From Spirochaetota bacterium (GTDB lineage: Bacteria > Spirochaetota > UBA4802 > UBA5550): 64,000 nt of DNA. This document shows, in pieces, positions 37,905-48,391 of the stretch. Location of the stretch: NCBI GenBank assembly GCA_963664815.2, contig CAXXHB010000003.1, positions 2,368,001 to 2,432,000 of the forward strand. The letters run 5' to 3'. A model generated the notes under the pieces. It was given only the letters and a program-made list of their open reading frames with translations. It searched no databases and had not been told where the DNA came from. A program made the position numbers and the translations under genes. Position 1 is the first letter of the stretch. Each line of letters begins with the position of its first letter.

Positions 37905-38804
37905 TTATCTGTCAAGAGGAATATCATCAAGAGAAATTTCATCATCAACCGGTTCAATATGAGTAAATACGACTGTATCTTTTAATTCCTTCCGGATATC
38001 CTTTTCAATATTCTCTGCTATATGGTGGGCGTCATGAACAGTCATACTCCCCGATACAAGTACATGCACAGAGACAAATCTTCGGGCTGCTCCCTGCCGT
38101 GTAAGAAGCGCATGAAACTGTATCCCCTGTTTGCGGTATACTGAAAGTACCGATTCAATCGCCTCCTGCTCCTGCGGAGACAGCGATGCATCCATCAGAC
38201 CTTCAACTGAGCGCTTTATTATCGAGAAGGCTGTCCATAAAATATTCATGGCTACAGCGAAGGCCACAATGGAATCGAGTTTCAGCCATCCGGTTAATCC
38301 AACTGCGCCAACACCACCCATTACAGCAACCGAAGTCCAGACATCGGTCATTAAATGGTGCGAATCAGCTTCAAGGGTAATCGAACGGAACTCTTTCCCG
38401 GCGGAGAGCAGAACTCTCGCTACAATAAAATTAATAACAGTGGCCAGTAACGACACGATAAGACCTGTACCGAGCTTATCAAGAGGCTGAGGATTTGAAA
38501 ACCTTTCAAATGCCGCCAGTGCAATAGCTGCTGCGGCAACCAGAATCATCAGGCCCTCAACCATGCTGGAAAAATATTCGGCTTTGCCATGTCCAAATTC
38601 ATGATTTTTATCCGGTGGAATAATCGCTATCCGCATCATAGCCATCGCCATTATTGCCGCAACCAGATTTATAATCGATTCAATAGCATCAGAGAGCAGA
38701 CCGACAGAACCTGTCAGATACCATGCTCCCGTTTTGAGAAGTAATGTAGATACTGATGCAGCAATTGAAAGCCATATATAACGGGTAAGAAAGCTTCTGT
38801 TCAT
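37905..38804 (-). CDS. cation diffusion facilitator (FieF-like) transporter
   Basis: TGSVGLLSDAIES; PPD..H.FGHGKAEY; EADSHHLMTDVWTS; HDAHHIA..IE; HIEP; start taken at ATG 38804. Confidence 0.92.
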   Translation of the reverse strand: MNRSFLTRYIWLSIAASVSTLLLKTGAWYLTGSVGLLSDAIESIINLVAAIMAMAMMRIAIIPPDKNHEFGHGKAEYFSSMVEGLMILVAAAAIALAAFERFSNPQPLDKLGTGLIVSLLATVINFIVARVLLSAGKEFRSITLEADSHHLMTDVWTSVAVMGGVGAVGLTGWLKLDSIVAFAVAMNILWTAFSIIKRSVEGLMDASLSPQEQEAIESVLSVYRKQGIQFHALLTRQGAARRFVSVHVLVSGSMTVHDAHHIAENIEKDIRKELKDTVVFTHIEPVDDEISLDDIPLDR

Positions 38805-39176
38805 ATTCCACCTTAACATTTTAAATTTTCCCGAAATGCCGGGAAAAGCTGCCAAAACTGATTGTTTTTCGAAGGTACAATAAAAGATCACGAATAAGAA
38901 TAAAGTATCATTCCTTATTTATTATAATTAACAAAATTAACGGACATAAGCAAATTTTATTAATTAACCATTAAGAATGACTGCAGTATGCCTATCTTTT
39001 GTACTTTAGTTATTGGCAGAACATACCGCCCGCTGAATGCGGGTTATGTACCGGCAAAGATCAGAGATTACACTGTCAGGAATATAACAGGGTCATCAAG
39101 CTTAACAACAAAAATTATTAAAGTGTTTTAGATTAAAGAACGTAAAAATAAATATTTATTATAAATAATTTTATCA

Positions 39177-40439
39177 TTACCCCAAAAAGCGGTGATTGAT
39201 ATTCATAACGTCTCTGTAGGGTATAACTCCCAGAATTTTATTATTCTCATCGATTACCGGAATAGCTCTGAATCCATATCTTATAAAAATTGAGGAAGCA
39301 TTCCGCAAAGAATCGTGCGGATTTAATGTAATTACATTTTCAATCATTATATCTTTCAGACAGACACTATCTTCTGAAAGAAGCAATTCCTTTATATCTA
39401 TTACACCCTCCAGTAAATCATTCTCATCTGTTATGTAAAGATACATTAAAACGTCTTTCTCTCTGGCAATATCATGATATTTCTCTTTAACAGATATTAC
39501 CGTTTCATCTCCACTGAATTTCAGGAAATTCACAGTTGTAAAGTTTAATATATTCTCTTCGGGATTTTCCAGTATGGACTCAATTTTAGTCCTCAGCGCA
39601 GGCTCAATAAACTTAAGAATAGACTCTCTTTCAGAAAAAGAAATTACTGAAAGCAGATCAGATGCCTGGGCAGGTGTCATATCATTTATCAGCATTGCAA
39701 CTGTATCAATACTCAGCGAAGAGAGCATTTCTCTCTGGACTTTTGGTTCAAGTTCTTCCAATGTATCAGATGCATGTTCAGGTTCAAGTTCTTTAAAAAT
39801 CTCCGTTCTCTGCTCATTGTCAAGTTCTTCAAGAATGTCTGCCATGGCTACCGGCGGTATTTCTGAAAGTTTCTCTTTAAGTGTTTTAAGCTTTAAATCT
39901 CCTTTGAAGCTGCTGATATGAAGAGGAAGAGCCTGAACATATGACCAGGGAAGGTAATCTTCCTTGATATTCAGAAAGGCAGCAATTTTTTTAAGACCTA
40001 TTCTTCTGAAGAGACCATAACTGCTGAAATCAACATCCCATACATACGCTTTACCGTTTATTACAGCAATTCTTATATCATATACAATTGAAACTTCATG
40101 TTCTTCAATATCTATTACTTTTTTATCAAGAACATAGTCTCTCAGGAGCATGTCATTTGGTTCCGGTTCTTTTTCATATGCTTCCATAGACTCAATATCA
40201 ATTACTACCTGCTTTTTTGATATTGATACAACTTTAGACATTGGTATCATTAAAGAGGGTTTTCCTAATGACCTTTTTATTATAAACTGTGTAATATGAG
40301 GGATCGTTCCCATCTCTACAATAATTACATCAGACAGTTTTCCGATTTTTTTATTATTTAATAGTACGTTAATATTTAATAATTCACTAAAAAAATAGTT
40401 TTCATCCGGAATAGTTTTCATTTTATTTTTTTCAATCAT
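39177..40439 (-). CDS. soluble MgtE_N/CBS domain protein with N-terminal PRC-barrel-like region
   Basis: LRDYVLDKKVID; P...ADILEEL...R; A.D.LEELEP; YLYITDE..LL.GVI; AIPVIDENNKILGVI; no TM segment. Confidence 0.85.
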   Translation of the reverse strand: MIEKNKMKTIPDENYFFSELLNINVLLNNKKIGKLSDVIIVEMGTIPHITQFIIKRSLGKPSLMIPMSKVVSISKKQVVIDIESMEAYEKEPEPNDMLLRDYVLDKKVIDIEEHEVSIVYDIRIAVINGKAYVWDVDFSSYGLFRRIGLKKIAAFLNIKEDYLPWSYVQALPLHISSFKGDLKLKTLKEKLSEIPPVAMADILEELDNEQRTEIFKELEPEHASDTLEELEPKVQREMLSSLSIDTVAMLINDMTPAQASDLLSVISFSERESILKFIEPALRTKIESILENPEENILNFTTVNFLKFSGDETVISVKEKYHDIAREKDVLMYLYITDENDLLEGVIDIKELLLSEDSVCLKDIMIENVITLNPHDSLRNASSIFIRYGFRAIPVIDENNKILGVIPYRDVMNINHRFLG

Positions 40440-40489
40440 TCCTATTCTCCCGAAATAATATTATTTTGTAATTTTATAAATTTACTACA

Positions 40490-40693
40490 TCATAGTAATG
40501 TAGTAAATTTATAAAAAAGAATACAAACCAGTAAAATTAAATATATCCTGAGAATAAACAGTGAAACATTTACCATTCTTGTGGTTTTAATATGTGGTAC
40601 TGCATATTTTTTATTTATCTCACTTATCTGATGAGAAAACTTATTTATATTAGTTTTTACCGGGTTTACAATAAATTCAATTATTTTAATCAT
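40490..40693 (-). CDS. small membrane protein in the Mg transporter operon
   Basis: AGAGG RBS; C-terminal SLFILRIYLILLV.ILFYKF. Confidence 0.7.
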   Translation of the reverse strand: MIKIIEFIVNPVKTNINKFSHQISEINKKYAVPHIKTTRMVNVSLFILRIYLILLVCILFYKFTTLL

Positions 40694-40714
40694 ATAATGC
40701 CTCTTTTTATTTAA

Positions 40715-41983
40715 TCAATTAAACAGTTTCGGGAAAAGGGCACTTATCCCGTACATTGTAGAAAGAATGATAATACCAATAACTATCACCGAATTTATAA
40801 TATTCTGGGATCTTGTGTTTTTATACTCACCCATAGTTTCATTATCATTTAGAAGCAAGATGAGGAATACAAGTGCTGCAGGTAAAAGTGTTACAGCTAT
40901 TACCTGAACAAAAAGCGTAATCAGAACAAGAGGCGCTCCAGGAATAAGGACAACAATTCCTGCTGATGCAAGGAGAATAAAATAGAAAGCATAAAACCAT
41001 GGTGCTTCCTTGACTTTATAGTTAAGAGAGTGCGCCCAGCCGAAGACTTCACCAAAAGCCCATGAACTCGCAAGAGATATGCATATAGCCCCAAGAAATC
41101 CTGCATCAAAGAGCCCTATGGCCAGAAATGTTCCAAGATATTTATTAATTCCCATAAGCTGTACTGCAGCCTGTGCTGCGTCATTAATATCAATACCAAA
41201 AAGCATCGTTCCTGTAAGTACAATTAAAAACGCAGCAACCAATACCGTAAAAAGAGAACCGAAAGCTGTGTCGAGTTTCCCCCAGAAAATATCTTTTTCT
41301 TTTAATCCCTTATCCACTACTGCACTCTGCTGAAAGAACAGCATCCATGGAGCAATTGTTGTCCCTATATTTGCCATCAATATGAAAAATAGTTCATTTG
41401 TAAATCCTCCGGGAAATGAAGGAATAAAACATCCCTTTATCACATTTGAAGCGGAAGGGTTAACCATAAATGCAGCAGGTATATATACAATATTTACAGC
41501 ACAGAATAACAATGCAACTTTTTCCCATGTCCAGTAACTCCCCTGCAGAACCATTATTCCCATAATCAAAATGACAATAATTACCGTAATATATGGAGGT
41601 ATTCCGAATATATTTAATGCTGCTGTCATGCCAATAAATTCTGTAACCAATGTAAGCCAGTCAGTTAATGTCAGATCTATCAGTGAAAACCAACCCCAGA
41701 AACTTCCAAATGCATGAAAAATTGCTTCAGCATGACCTCTTTTTGTAACAGCACCAAGCCTTACTGTCATCTCCTGAACATAATATGCAATAGGTCCCAG
41801 AATTATCAGAAACCATAAAAGATTATATCCATATTTTGCTCCGGTTGCAGTATAAGTTGTAATTCCACCTGCATCATTATCAGCAATCATAACGACTATT
41901 CCAGGACCTGCTATAATGAAATACAGTTTTACAGCTTTTACTGCTCTGCGGAATTTATAGTATAATTTGTGCCAGATATTCAT
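40715..41983 (-). CDS. Nramp-related divalent cation (likely Mg2+) transporter
   Basis: GPGIVVMIADNDAGGITTY (DAGG instead of MntH DPGN); ANIGTTIAPWMLFFQQS; about 11 TM helices. Confidence 0.9.
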   Translation of the reverse strand: MNIWHKLYYKFRRAVKAVKLYFIIAGPGIVVMIADNDAGGITTYTATGAKYGYNLLWFLIILGPIAYYVQEMTVRLGAVTKRGHAEAIFHAFGSFWGWFSLIDLTLTDWLTLVTEFIGMTAALNIFGIPPYITVIIVILIMGIMVLQGSYWTWEKVALLFCAVNIVYIPAAFMVNPSASNVIKGCFIPSFPGGFTNELFFILMANIGTTIAPWMLFFQQSAVVDKGLKEKDIFWGKLDTAFGSLFTVLVAAFLIVLTGTMLFGIDINDAAQAAVQLMGINKYLGTFLAIGLFDAGFLGAICISLASSWAFGEVFGWAHSLNYKVKEAPWFYAFYFILLASAGIVVLIPGAPLVLITLFVQVIAVTLLPAALVFLILLLNDNETMGEYKNTRSQNIINSVIVIGIIILSTMYGISALFPKLFN

Positions 41984-42230
41984 AAAGAAATATCCTCCGC
42001 TAATTTTATAGGAAGTTATTCAGCATTTATACAATTTATGTATTACAAACTCTGTTAAATGAATTATAATACATTATGTTTCTATAAGTAGAATTTGATT
42101 AAGAATTATTTAATTTTGAAGAAAAAACCGGATGGAAAAAATTTAAATTAAAACCGATATTGAATCAATTTTTTCACGTTTCTCCTCCCATGAGATACTT
42201 TTAATACAGGAGAAACATTCTGCATAGTTA

Positions 42231-42305
42231 TTATTTTTCCCTACGCATATCCCCCCTGAAAAAGAAATTAAAAGTATAATACCCGCTACTGTCAGGGTCA
42301 GGCAT
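42231..42305 (-). promoter_or_regulatory. putative 24-aa leader peptide ORF MPDPDSSGYYTFNFFFRGDMRREK
   Basis: GGAGG 4 nt upstream of ATG 42305, TAA at 42231; lies in the long leader of the Nramp/MgtE operon. Confidence 0.5.
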
Positions 42306-42718
42306 ATTGCCTCCATTTATTGTTTTGTAATACTTGATTAATGTTGATAGCCTGGGTCTTTAAAATATCTCTATGCTCAATAGCAGTATTATATGAACAT
42401 CGATTATCCCGCATCAGTTTGTCTTCTTCCGTCACACTCACCAGACAGGCTAACTTTTTAATAGACTGAAATCTGAGCTTTGTTTGTCAATAAAAAATTT
42501 CTAACAGAGTTGAGTACATATCAGAATGTTTTGTATTGACTTAAAGCTTAATGAGAGCTGAAATCTCAGGAAATACGCGATACACTTTTTTTATTGACAT
42601 GTTATTAGAGTTTCAGACAATATCTGTAATAAAGAAATAAGTCATGACAAAGATTAAACCACCCGGCACAGAGATATCTGCAACATAAAAATTTAAAATT
42701 CCGGTTCAGGCAGACTTT

Positions 42719-45571
42719 ATGAAAAAAAGACTGATTACTCATGCAATTATAACAATATTGTTTCTTTTCACAGCTTTCATTGCAGATACAAACTCTGCTT
42801 ATGCCGCCCGGAAAACCCGGGTTATTGTTTATCCGTTTCAGAATACCGGCAATGCCGGGTTTCTATGGTTATCAGCAGGGATAACGAATTCCATTATAGA
42901 TAACCTGGGGCGAATATCCGGAATTCAGCTTATATCCGATACAGAGAGTAAAAAAGCCATACAGGTATATCCCTGTGACACAGCCGATCTTCCCGATGAA
43001 AAAACAATAAAGAAAATCGGCAACTTCACAGGGGCAGATATCATATTTACCGGGAACTATGCAGTCACTGACAACAGTATAATTGTAGCCGCCATACTGA
43101 TAAGAGCTGATTCCGGAACATTGAAAAAATCGATAACGGTTAATGGTACAACTGAGGGGATATTTGAACTTCAGAATAAAATAGTTTTTTCACTTATGGA
43201 TGAAATCGAAAAGCTGAAAATAACCGGCACAGAACCTCCGGTATTGACTTATAATGAAAAAAAACTGATAGAAAACAGGGTTAAACCGGGGATTGCAGCA
43301 TATGAGCTTTATTCCAGAGGACTCACCATCCGTGACAGCAATCCCGGGGCCGCTCTTGATCTTTTTAAACAGGCAGTTAAAATTGATAACAACTATATTG
43401 AAGCATTAATGGAGGTTGGTTATACAGCAGGGATTATGCTTAATCTTTCCCGGGAGGCTCTTGAATACCTCGATAAAGTCGATACATTTTTTAAAAAACA
43501 GGATGAAACAGTTTCCCCGGAATATGCAGCTTTAATGAAAAATATCGGAGACGTATACAGGAGCAAGGGTAATTCAGAAAGCGCCCTGGCATATTATATG
43601 AACAGTAAAACCGTTATAGACAGACTGGGGCTGCAGACTACCTTAACAAGTGCAGACATTATGCTCAATATCGGTATTGTATCCGACAGCAAAGGTGATC
43701 CTGCCGGCGCAATGGAATACTATAATAAATGCAAAGTAATTTTAGAAAATCTGGGACTCCAGACTACCTCAAACTATGCTGACCTGATGATCAGGATCGG
43801 GTTCATCTCGGATAACAAAGGCGATCTTGACATCGCCCTGGAGTATTACATTAAAGGTAAAATAATCATGGAGAATCTCGGGCTCCAGACAAGCTCCTCA
43901 TATGCCGATCTGATTCTCAATATCGGCGCCGTGTATGAAAACAAAGGCGATCCGGGGAGTGCCATGGATTATTATATGAAGAGTAAAATTATTATGGATA
44001 ATCTTTCTCTTCAGAAAACCTCAAGCTATGCAACTTTAATAAACAACATCGGCGGTGTATACTGGAGTAAAGGAGATCTTGCCCGTGCGATGGAATATTA
44101 CACAGACAGTAAGAAAATTATGGAGAATCTGGCGCTCCAGAAGACTTCGGGCTATGCAAACTTAATGATGAACTTCGGCATTGTATATTACAAAAAAGGT
44201 GTTCTTGACACTTCAATGGAATATTACATGAAGAGTAAGGATATTCTGGATAACCTCGGGCTCAGGGAGACATCACCATATGCCGACCTGATGGTGAATA
44301 CCGGCATTGTATATTATAAAAAAGGCGATCTTAACAGTTCCATGGAATATTACAGGAAAAGTAAGGATATTCTGGACAACCTCGGGCTGCAGAGGACCTC
44401 AGGTTATGCTAACATACTAATGAACCTCGGCATGTTATATGGCAAAAAAGGCAAAACTGCTGATTCTGTTAAATATTATAATAACAGCAAAACAATAATG
44501 GACAGCCTTAAACTGGAGAATACCGCTTCATATGCCGATTTAATGATGAACTTCGGTACAGCATACGATTTCAAAGGGGATTCTTCAGGCGCCCTTGAGT
44601 TTTATGTAAAGAGTAAATCCATTATGGATACCCTCCAGCTGCAGAATACATCCTCCTATGCCGATCTTATGATGTACACAGGTTTAGTCTACGCCCGAAA
44701 AGGTGATTCTGCAGGCGCCCTTGAGCTTTACGTGAAAAGTAAATCCATTATGGATACCCTCGAACTCCGTAATACATCTTCCTACGCTGATCTTATGATG
44801 TTCACCGGTATAGTTTACATCAGAAAAGGGGATTCTGTCAGCGCTATGGATTACTACGTTAAAAGTAAATCAGTTATGGACACCCTCAAACTGCAGAAAA
44901 CATCCTCCTATGCAGACCTTTTGATGAACATCGGTTTCCTCTTTTTTAAAAAAGAGGACATTTCAGAGGCTTCGGGATATTATATGAACAGTAAAACAAT
45001 CATGGATAATCTCGAACTTCAGGAAACTTATTCCTATGACGACCTGATGATGAAGATCGGCACAGTCGCAAATATTAAAGAGGATATTGCCGGCGCAATG
45101 GATTATTACATGAAAAGCAAAGTTATTATGAATAATCTCGGAATGCAGAATACTTCTGTCTATGCATATTTAATGATGAACATCGGTATAATATATGGTA
45201 AAAAGGACGATCCCGGCAGCGCCATGGAATATTATATGGAAAGTAAAGCAATCATGGAGACACTCAGGCTTAAGAAGAACTCTGCATATGCTGATTTAAA
45301 CAATCATATTGGTCTTTTGTATGCAAAAAAGGGGGATCTTGATATCGCTCTTGAATATTTTATAAGATGTAAAACGGTCATGGACAGCCTCGGACTTAAT
45401 AAAAATTCCGATTATGCACTTTTAATGAAAAACATCGGATTTGTTTATAAAAAACAGAGAAAATCTTTTGCTGTCATGTATTATATAAAAGCAAGTGAAA
45501 TCTATGAAAGTCTTGGATTAAAGAAAGAGGCGGAAGAAACCAGCTTAAAAGCCAAAGAGATGGATTATTAG
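42719..45571 (+). CDS. secreted TPR protein with TolB_N/CsgG-like N-terminal domain and about 16 42-aa TPR repeats
   Basis: Signal peptide; V.PFQN.G...WLS.GI..SI; GAD....G.Y; IFELQ..I; repeats YADL.MNIG.VY..KGD...AMEYY.KSK.IM.NL.LQ.T. Confidence 0.88.
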   Translation: MKKRLITHAIITILFLFTAFIADTNSAYAARKTRVIVYPFQNTGNAGFLWLSAGITNSIIDNLGRISGIQLISDTESKKAIQVYPCDTADLPDEKTIKKIGNFTGADIIFTGNYAVTDNSIIVAAILIRADSGTLKKSITVNGTTEGIFELQNKIVFSLMDEIEKLKITGTEPPVLTYNEKKLIENRVKPGIAAYELYSRGLTIRDSNPGAALDLFKQAVKIDNNYIEALMEVGYTAGIMLNLSREALEYLDKVDTFFKKQDETVSPEYAALMKNIGDVYRSKGNSESALAYYMNSKTVIDRLGLQTTLTSADIMLNIGIVSDSKGDPAGAMEYYNKCKVILENLGLQTTSNYADLMIRIGFISDNKGDLDIALEYYIKGKIIMENLGLQTSSSYADLILNIGAVYENKGDPGSAMDYYMKSKIIMDNLSLQKTSSYATLINNIGGVYWSKGDLARAMEYYTDSKKIMENLALQKTSGYANLMMNFGIVYYKKGVLDTSMEYYMKSKDILDNLGLRETSPYADLMVNTGIVYYKKGDLNSSMEYYRKSKDILDNLGLQRTSGYANILMNLGMLYGKKGKTADSVKYYNNSKTIMDSLKLENTASYADLMMNFGTAYDFKGDSSGALEFYVKSKSIMDTLQLQNTSSYADLMMYTGLVYARKGDSAGALELYVKSKSIMDTLELRNTSSYADLMMFTGIVYIRKGDSVSAMDYYVKSKSVMDTLKLQKTSSYADLLMNIGFLFFKKEDISEASGYYMNSKTIMDNLELQETYSYDDLMMKIGTVANIKEDIAGAMDYYMKSKVIMNNLGMQNTSVYAYLMMNIGIIYGKKDDPGSAMEYYMESKAIMETLRLKKNSAYADLNNHIGLLYAKKGDLDIALEYFIRCKTVMDSLGLNKNSDYALLMKNIGFVYKKQRKSFAVMYYIKASEIYESLGLKKEAEETSLKAKEMDY

Positions 45572-45590
45572 CTTTTTTGTTTCATAAAGT

Positions 45591-45638
45591 GATAAGCCGG
45601 TACCTTTCCATCTTAAAATGGAAAGGTACCGGCTTATC
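45591..45638. terminator. perfect 21-bp hairpin between convergent genes
   Basis: gataagccggtacctttccat-cttaaa-atggaaaggtaccggcttatc. Confidence 0.75.
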
Positions 45639-47810
45639 TTATTTAATAATTCCGTTTGATCTCATTGCCGAGAGAAGAACTTTTCGCATAATCTTCTCTT
45701 TGCGGTTAACCGGTTTATCAAGGCTCATCCTTTTTAAGAAAGGCTCCGCTTTGGGTGGTACCGGTCTGAACATCTCTGCAAGCAGCCCCCTGACAACAGC
45801 TCCTTTACTTTTTGAAGTAAGACTTTTCAGAGATGCTCCAATCAGCATCTCCTCCATGGTAAAATCTGTTCCGAAGGGGAATGGTGAAAAATATCCCTTA
45901 GCCTGATATGGTTTCAGCATGGCATCGAGTTTTTGAGGATTGTTGTGTCTGTACTCTTCAGCCAGTTCATAATCCGGAGATAGTTTTCCATTAAGCTTGG
46001 CCTTTTTAATAAGGTCATCCTGAAAACGGGAATCGGTTATTTTGAGGATCTCCTCGATTATTTTCTCATCCTGCAGTCCCCTTACATCAGCTATACCATA
46101 TTCGGTAACTATAATATCCCTGAGGTGTCTTGGAATTGTAATATGCCCGTAATTATAAACAATGTTTGATTTAACGTTTTTGCCGGATCCCCTTGTACTC
46201 TTTATCATCATGATAAGTCTTCCGTCGGGAATTGCATGAGCCATTGAGACAAAGTTATATTGTCCCCCTACTCCGCTCACCAGGTGCCCATTATCGAGCT
46301 GATCTGAGGTAATTGAACCAAGAACATGCGCCATCATCCCGGTATTTATAAATCGTCCGTCTTTTCTCTGAAGAGATCTGAGCTCTTCATCACCATAAAG
46401 CTGGTTTACTTTTTCAACAGCGGACATTCCGAACTGTGATCTTTCCTCTTCGCTCATTTCGCTGAGCGCTTTATAGAATGCGCGCGGCCCGAGGAAAAAC
46501 GCGCCGAGTATTACCTGACCGTTTTTTAATTCCTTACCGAGAAATGCTTTTATCTCCGATAAATTCTTTTCATCATAGAAGTCAGCAGAAATTTTTGTAT
46601 TTCCATCTGAAATATAACCATCTTTAAATGTCAGTCCCTTTTTCAGAATACCAAAATGTATCAGCATATCAAAGTCTTTCTGTCTCAGCCTGGGATATAT
46701 TCCCTCCTCTTCTATCATAAGTTCAATTATGTTTGACGGTATGCTGTTAGTAGCGAGTTTCTTTGCATTAATCAGCTTCATAATAGCAATGTTGTCATAA
46801 ACCTTACGTTTCAGTACACCGCTCTTGTACAACTGTAAAAATGCATCCACAAACATCTCCGATGAACCGTACAGACCCTCTTCAAACCTGCCGGTTCCGC
46901 CGAGTTTGTTTATAATACCGTTGTATTTATCAAGTATACCGGTTTCTTTCAGAACTTTATTATATTCTTCATTATGATCCTGTCTCATGTTAAGGCTTGA
47001 GGAAATTGCATCGCCAAGGGCTCCAATCCCTATCTGGAGAGTCCCGCCGTCTCTTACAAGGGGACTTACATAAAGCCCTATTGCATGGTCTCTTATCCCC
47101 ACTGAATCTTTCGGGGGTCCGAAAAGCGGGTAATTTGTTTCAGGTCCCTGAACAAGAACATCATAGTGACTCGCTTCAAAAACTGCATCACCATACATAA
47201 ACGGCAGGTTGTTGTTAACTTCACCAATAATTGCAACCTTTCTGCCGTTTTCTCTCATTTTATGCAGTTCCCTTATCCCTTCTATGGGTATATCTGTGTT
47301 GCACCCCATTGAGTACAATATCCTGCCGTCGATTTCCTTTGAAGCCAGAAGCTGCCCGTACATGTTGCAGCCCAGGTCTATGGCATCACGTACAACATGT
47401 GTGTAGTTTGAGTAAAGGTGATTTCTCTGTGCAACATTAGAGTTCATATATGCGCCGGCCTTAAAGAAAAAATCATAAATCTCTATATTCTTCGGAACTT
47501 TTCCCGCACGGTAATCCTTCATATATTCAAATTCAGGCGTCCCGGCAAAAACCCTGTCAACCAGCGGTCCCAGAAATCTTTTTTCCATATCGCTTTTCGG
47601 TATCGGTCGTTCCAGTGCAAGAGCAGATACTATGTTCAGCCTGATTGTATGATCCTCTTTTGCCCTTCTGTACAGTTCATTAATAACCAGGGCGGGTTTA
47701 CCCAGGGCCAGCGGCATTGCAAATGAAATATCCTCGCCATTCATGTATTGAAGAATATCATCAACACCCTTTTTTACGTCACTATACATTAAACCTGTTT
47801 TCCTTTCCAT
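45639..47810 (-). CDS. large acetyl-CoA hydrolase/transferase family protein
   Basis: PLALGKP, SNYTHVVRD, DGGTLQIGIGALGDA, GLYGSSEMFV, SGVGGQYNFV.MAH, PRHLRDI.VTEYGIAD.RG, FPFGTDFT. Confidence 0.9.
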   Translation of the reverse strand: MERKTGLMYSDVKKGVDDILQYMNGEDISFAMPLALGKPALVINELYRRAKEDHTIRLNIVSALALERPIPKSDMEKRFLGPLVDRVFAGTPEFEYMKDYRAGKVPKNIEIYDFFFKAGAYMNSNVAQRNHLYSNYTHVVRDAIDLGCNMYGQLLASKEIDGRILYSMGCNTDIPIEGIRELHKMRENGRKVAIIGEVNNNLPFMYGDAVFEASHYDVLVQGPETNYPLFGPPKDSVGIRDHAIGLYVSPLVRDGGTLQIGIGALGDAISSSLNMRQDHNEEYNKVLKETGILDKYNGIINKLGGTGRFEEGLYGSSEMFVDAFLQLYKSGVLKRKVYDNIAIMKLINAKKLATNSIPSNIIELMIEEEGIYPRLRQKDFDMLIHFGILKKGLTFKDGYISDGNTKISADFYDEKNLSEIKAFLGKELKNGQVILGAFFLGPRAFYKALSEMSEEERSQFGMSAVEKVNQLYGDEELRSLQRKDGRFINTGMMAHVLGSITSDQLDNGHLVSGVGGQYNFVSMAHAIPDGRLIMMIKSTRGSGKNVKSNIVYNYGHITIPRHLRDIIVTEYGIADVRGLQDEKIIEEILKITDSRFQDDLIKKAKLNGKLSPDYELAEEYRHNNPQKLDAMLKPYQAKGYFSPFPFGTDFTMEEMLIGASLKSLTSKSKGAVVRGLLAEMFRPVPPKAEPFLKRMSLDKPVNRKEKIMRKVLLSAMRSNGIIK

Positions 47811-48391
47811 TTTTTTACTCCCTATAATCTGGTTTATTTAAATTCGCCGGATTGACAGAATCCATGCTTTGTTCCCTTTTTTGTAATTAGTCTCAGGGAT
47901 ATCTATTTTTTTACAAAAATCACTACAAACTGAGTACTAAATATTTATTATGAAATGTCAAATCTAAATACAATATTTTGAAATATTTCTGACAATTTAT
48001 AGGTTATTATTCTATAAATATTACATTACATTATATATAATAATGTAATAACTGCCATGAATACACTTTACATGGATATTTACATCATATTTTAAAGTGT
48101 TTGTTATATTTAAGAGTGCCTTAAAACAGTGTGTTCTGTATATTGTTGATATAAACCATGTAGCTTTTAAAAATAGTTAAATGTGATTTCACAGGCTGTC
48201 TGTTAATCCACTTAACATTATCCAGTATCAGTCCAAAATTTAACAAAATCAACGGGTACAAACGCAAGTCACCAGATCTATTAAACAATTTAAGGAATAT
48301 ATCCATAATTTTCAGGCGGGAAAATCCGTAGAAATATATTAAAAAAATGGTGCTGGTCTTTACAAACCAGCACCTGAAGATACAATATGAA

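Noticed and set aside
42300-42490. Canonical M-box (ykoK) riboswitch
   Set aside because: Expected from context, but the conserved internal M-box sequence and ~160-nt length are not matched.
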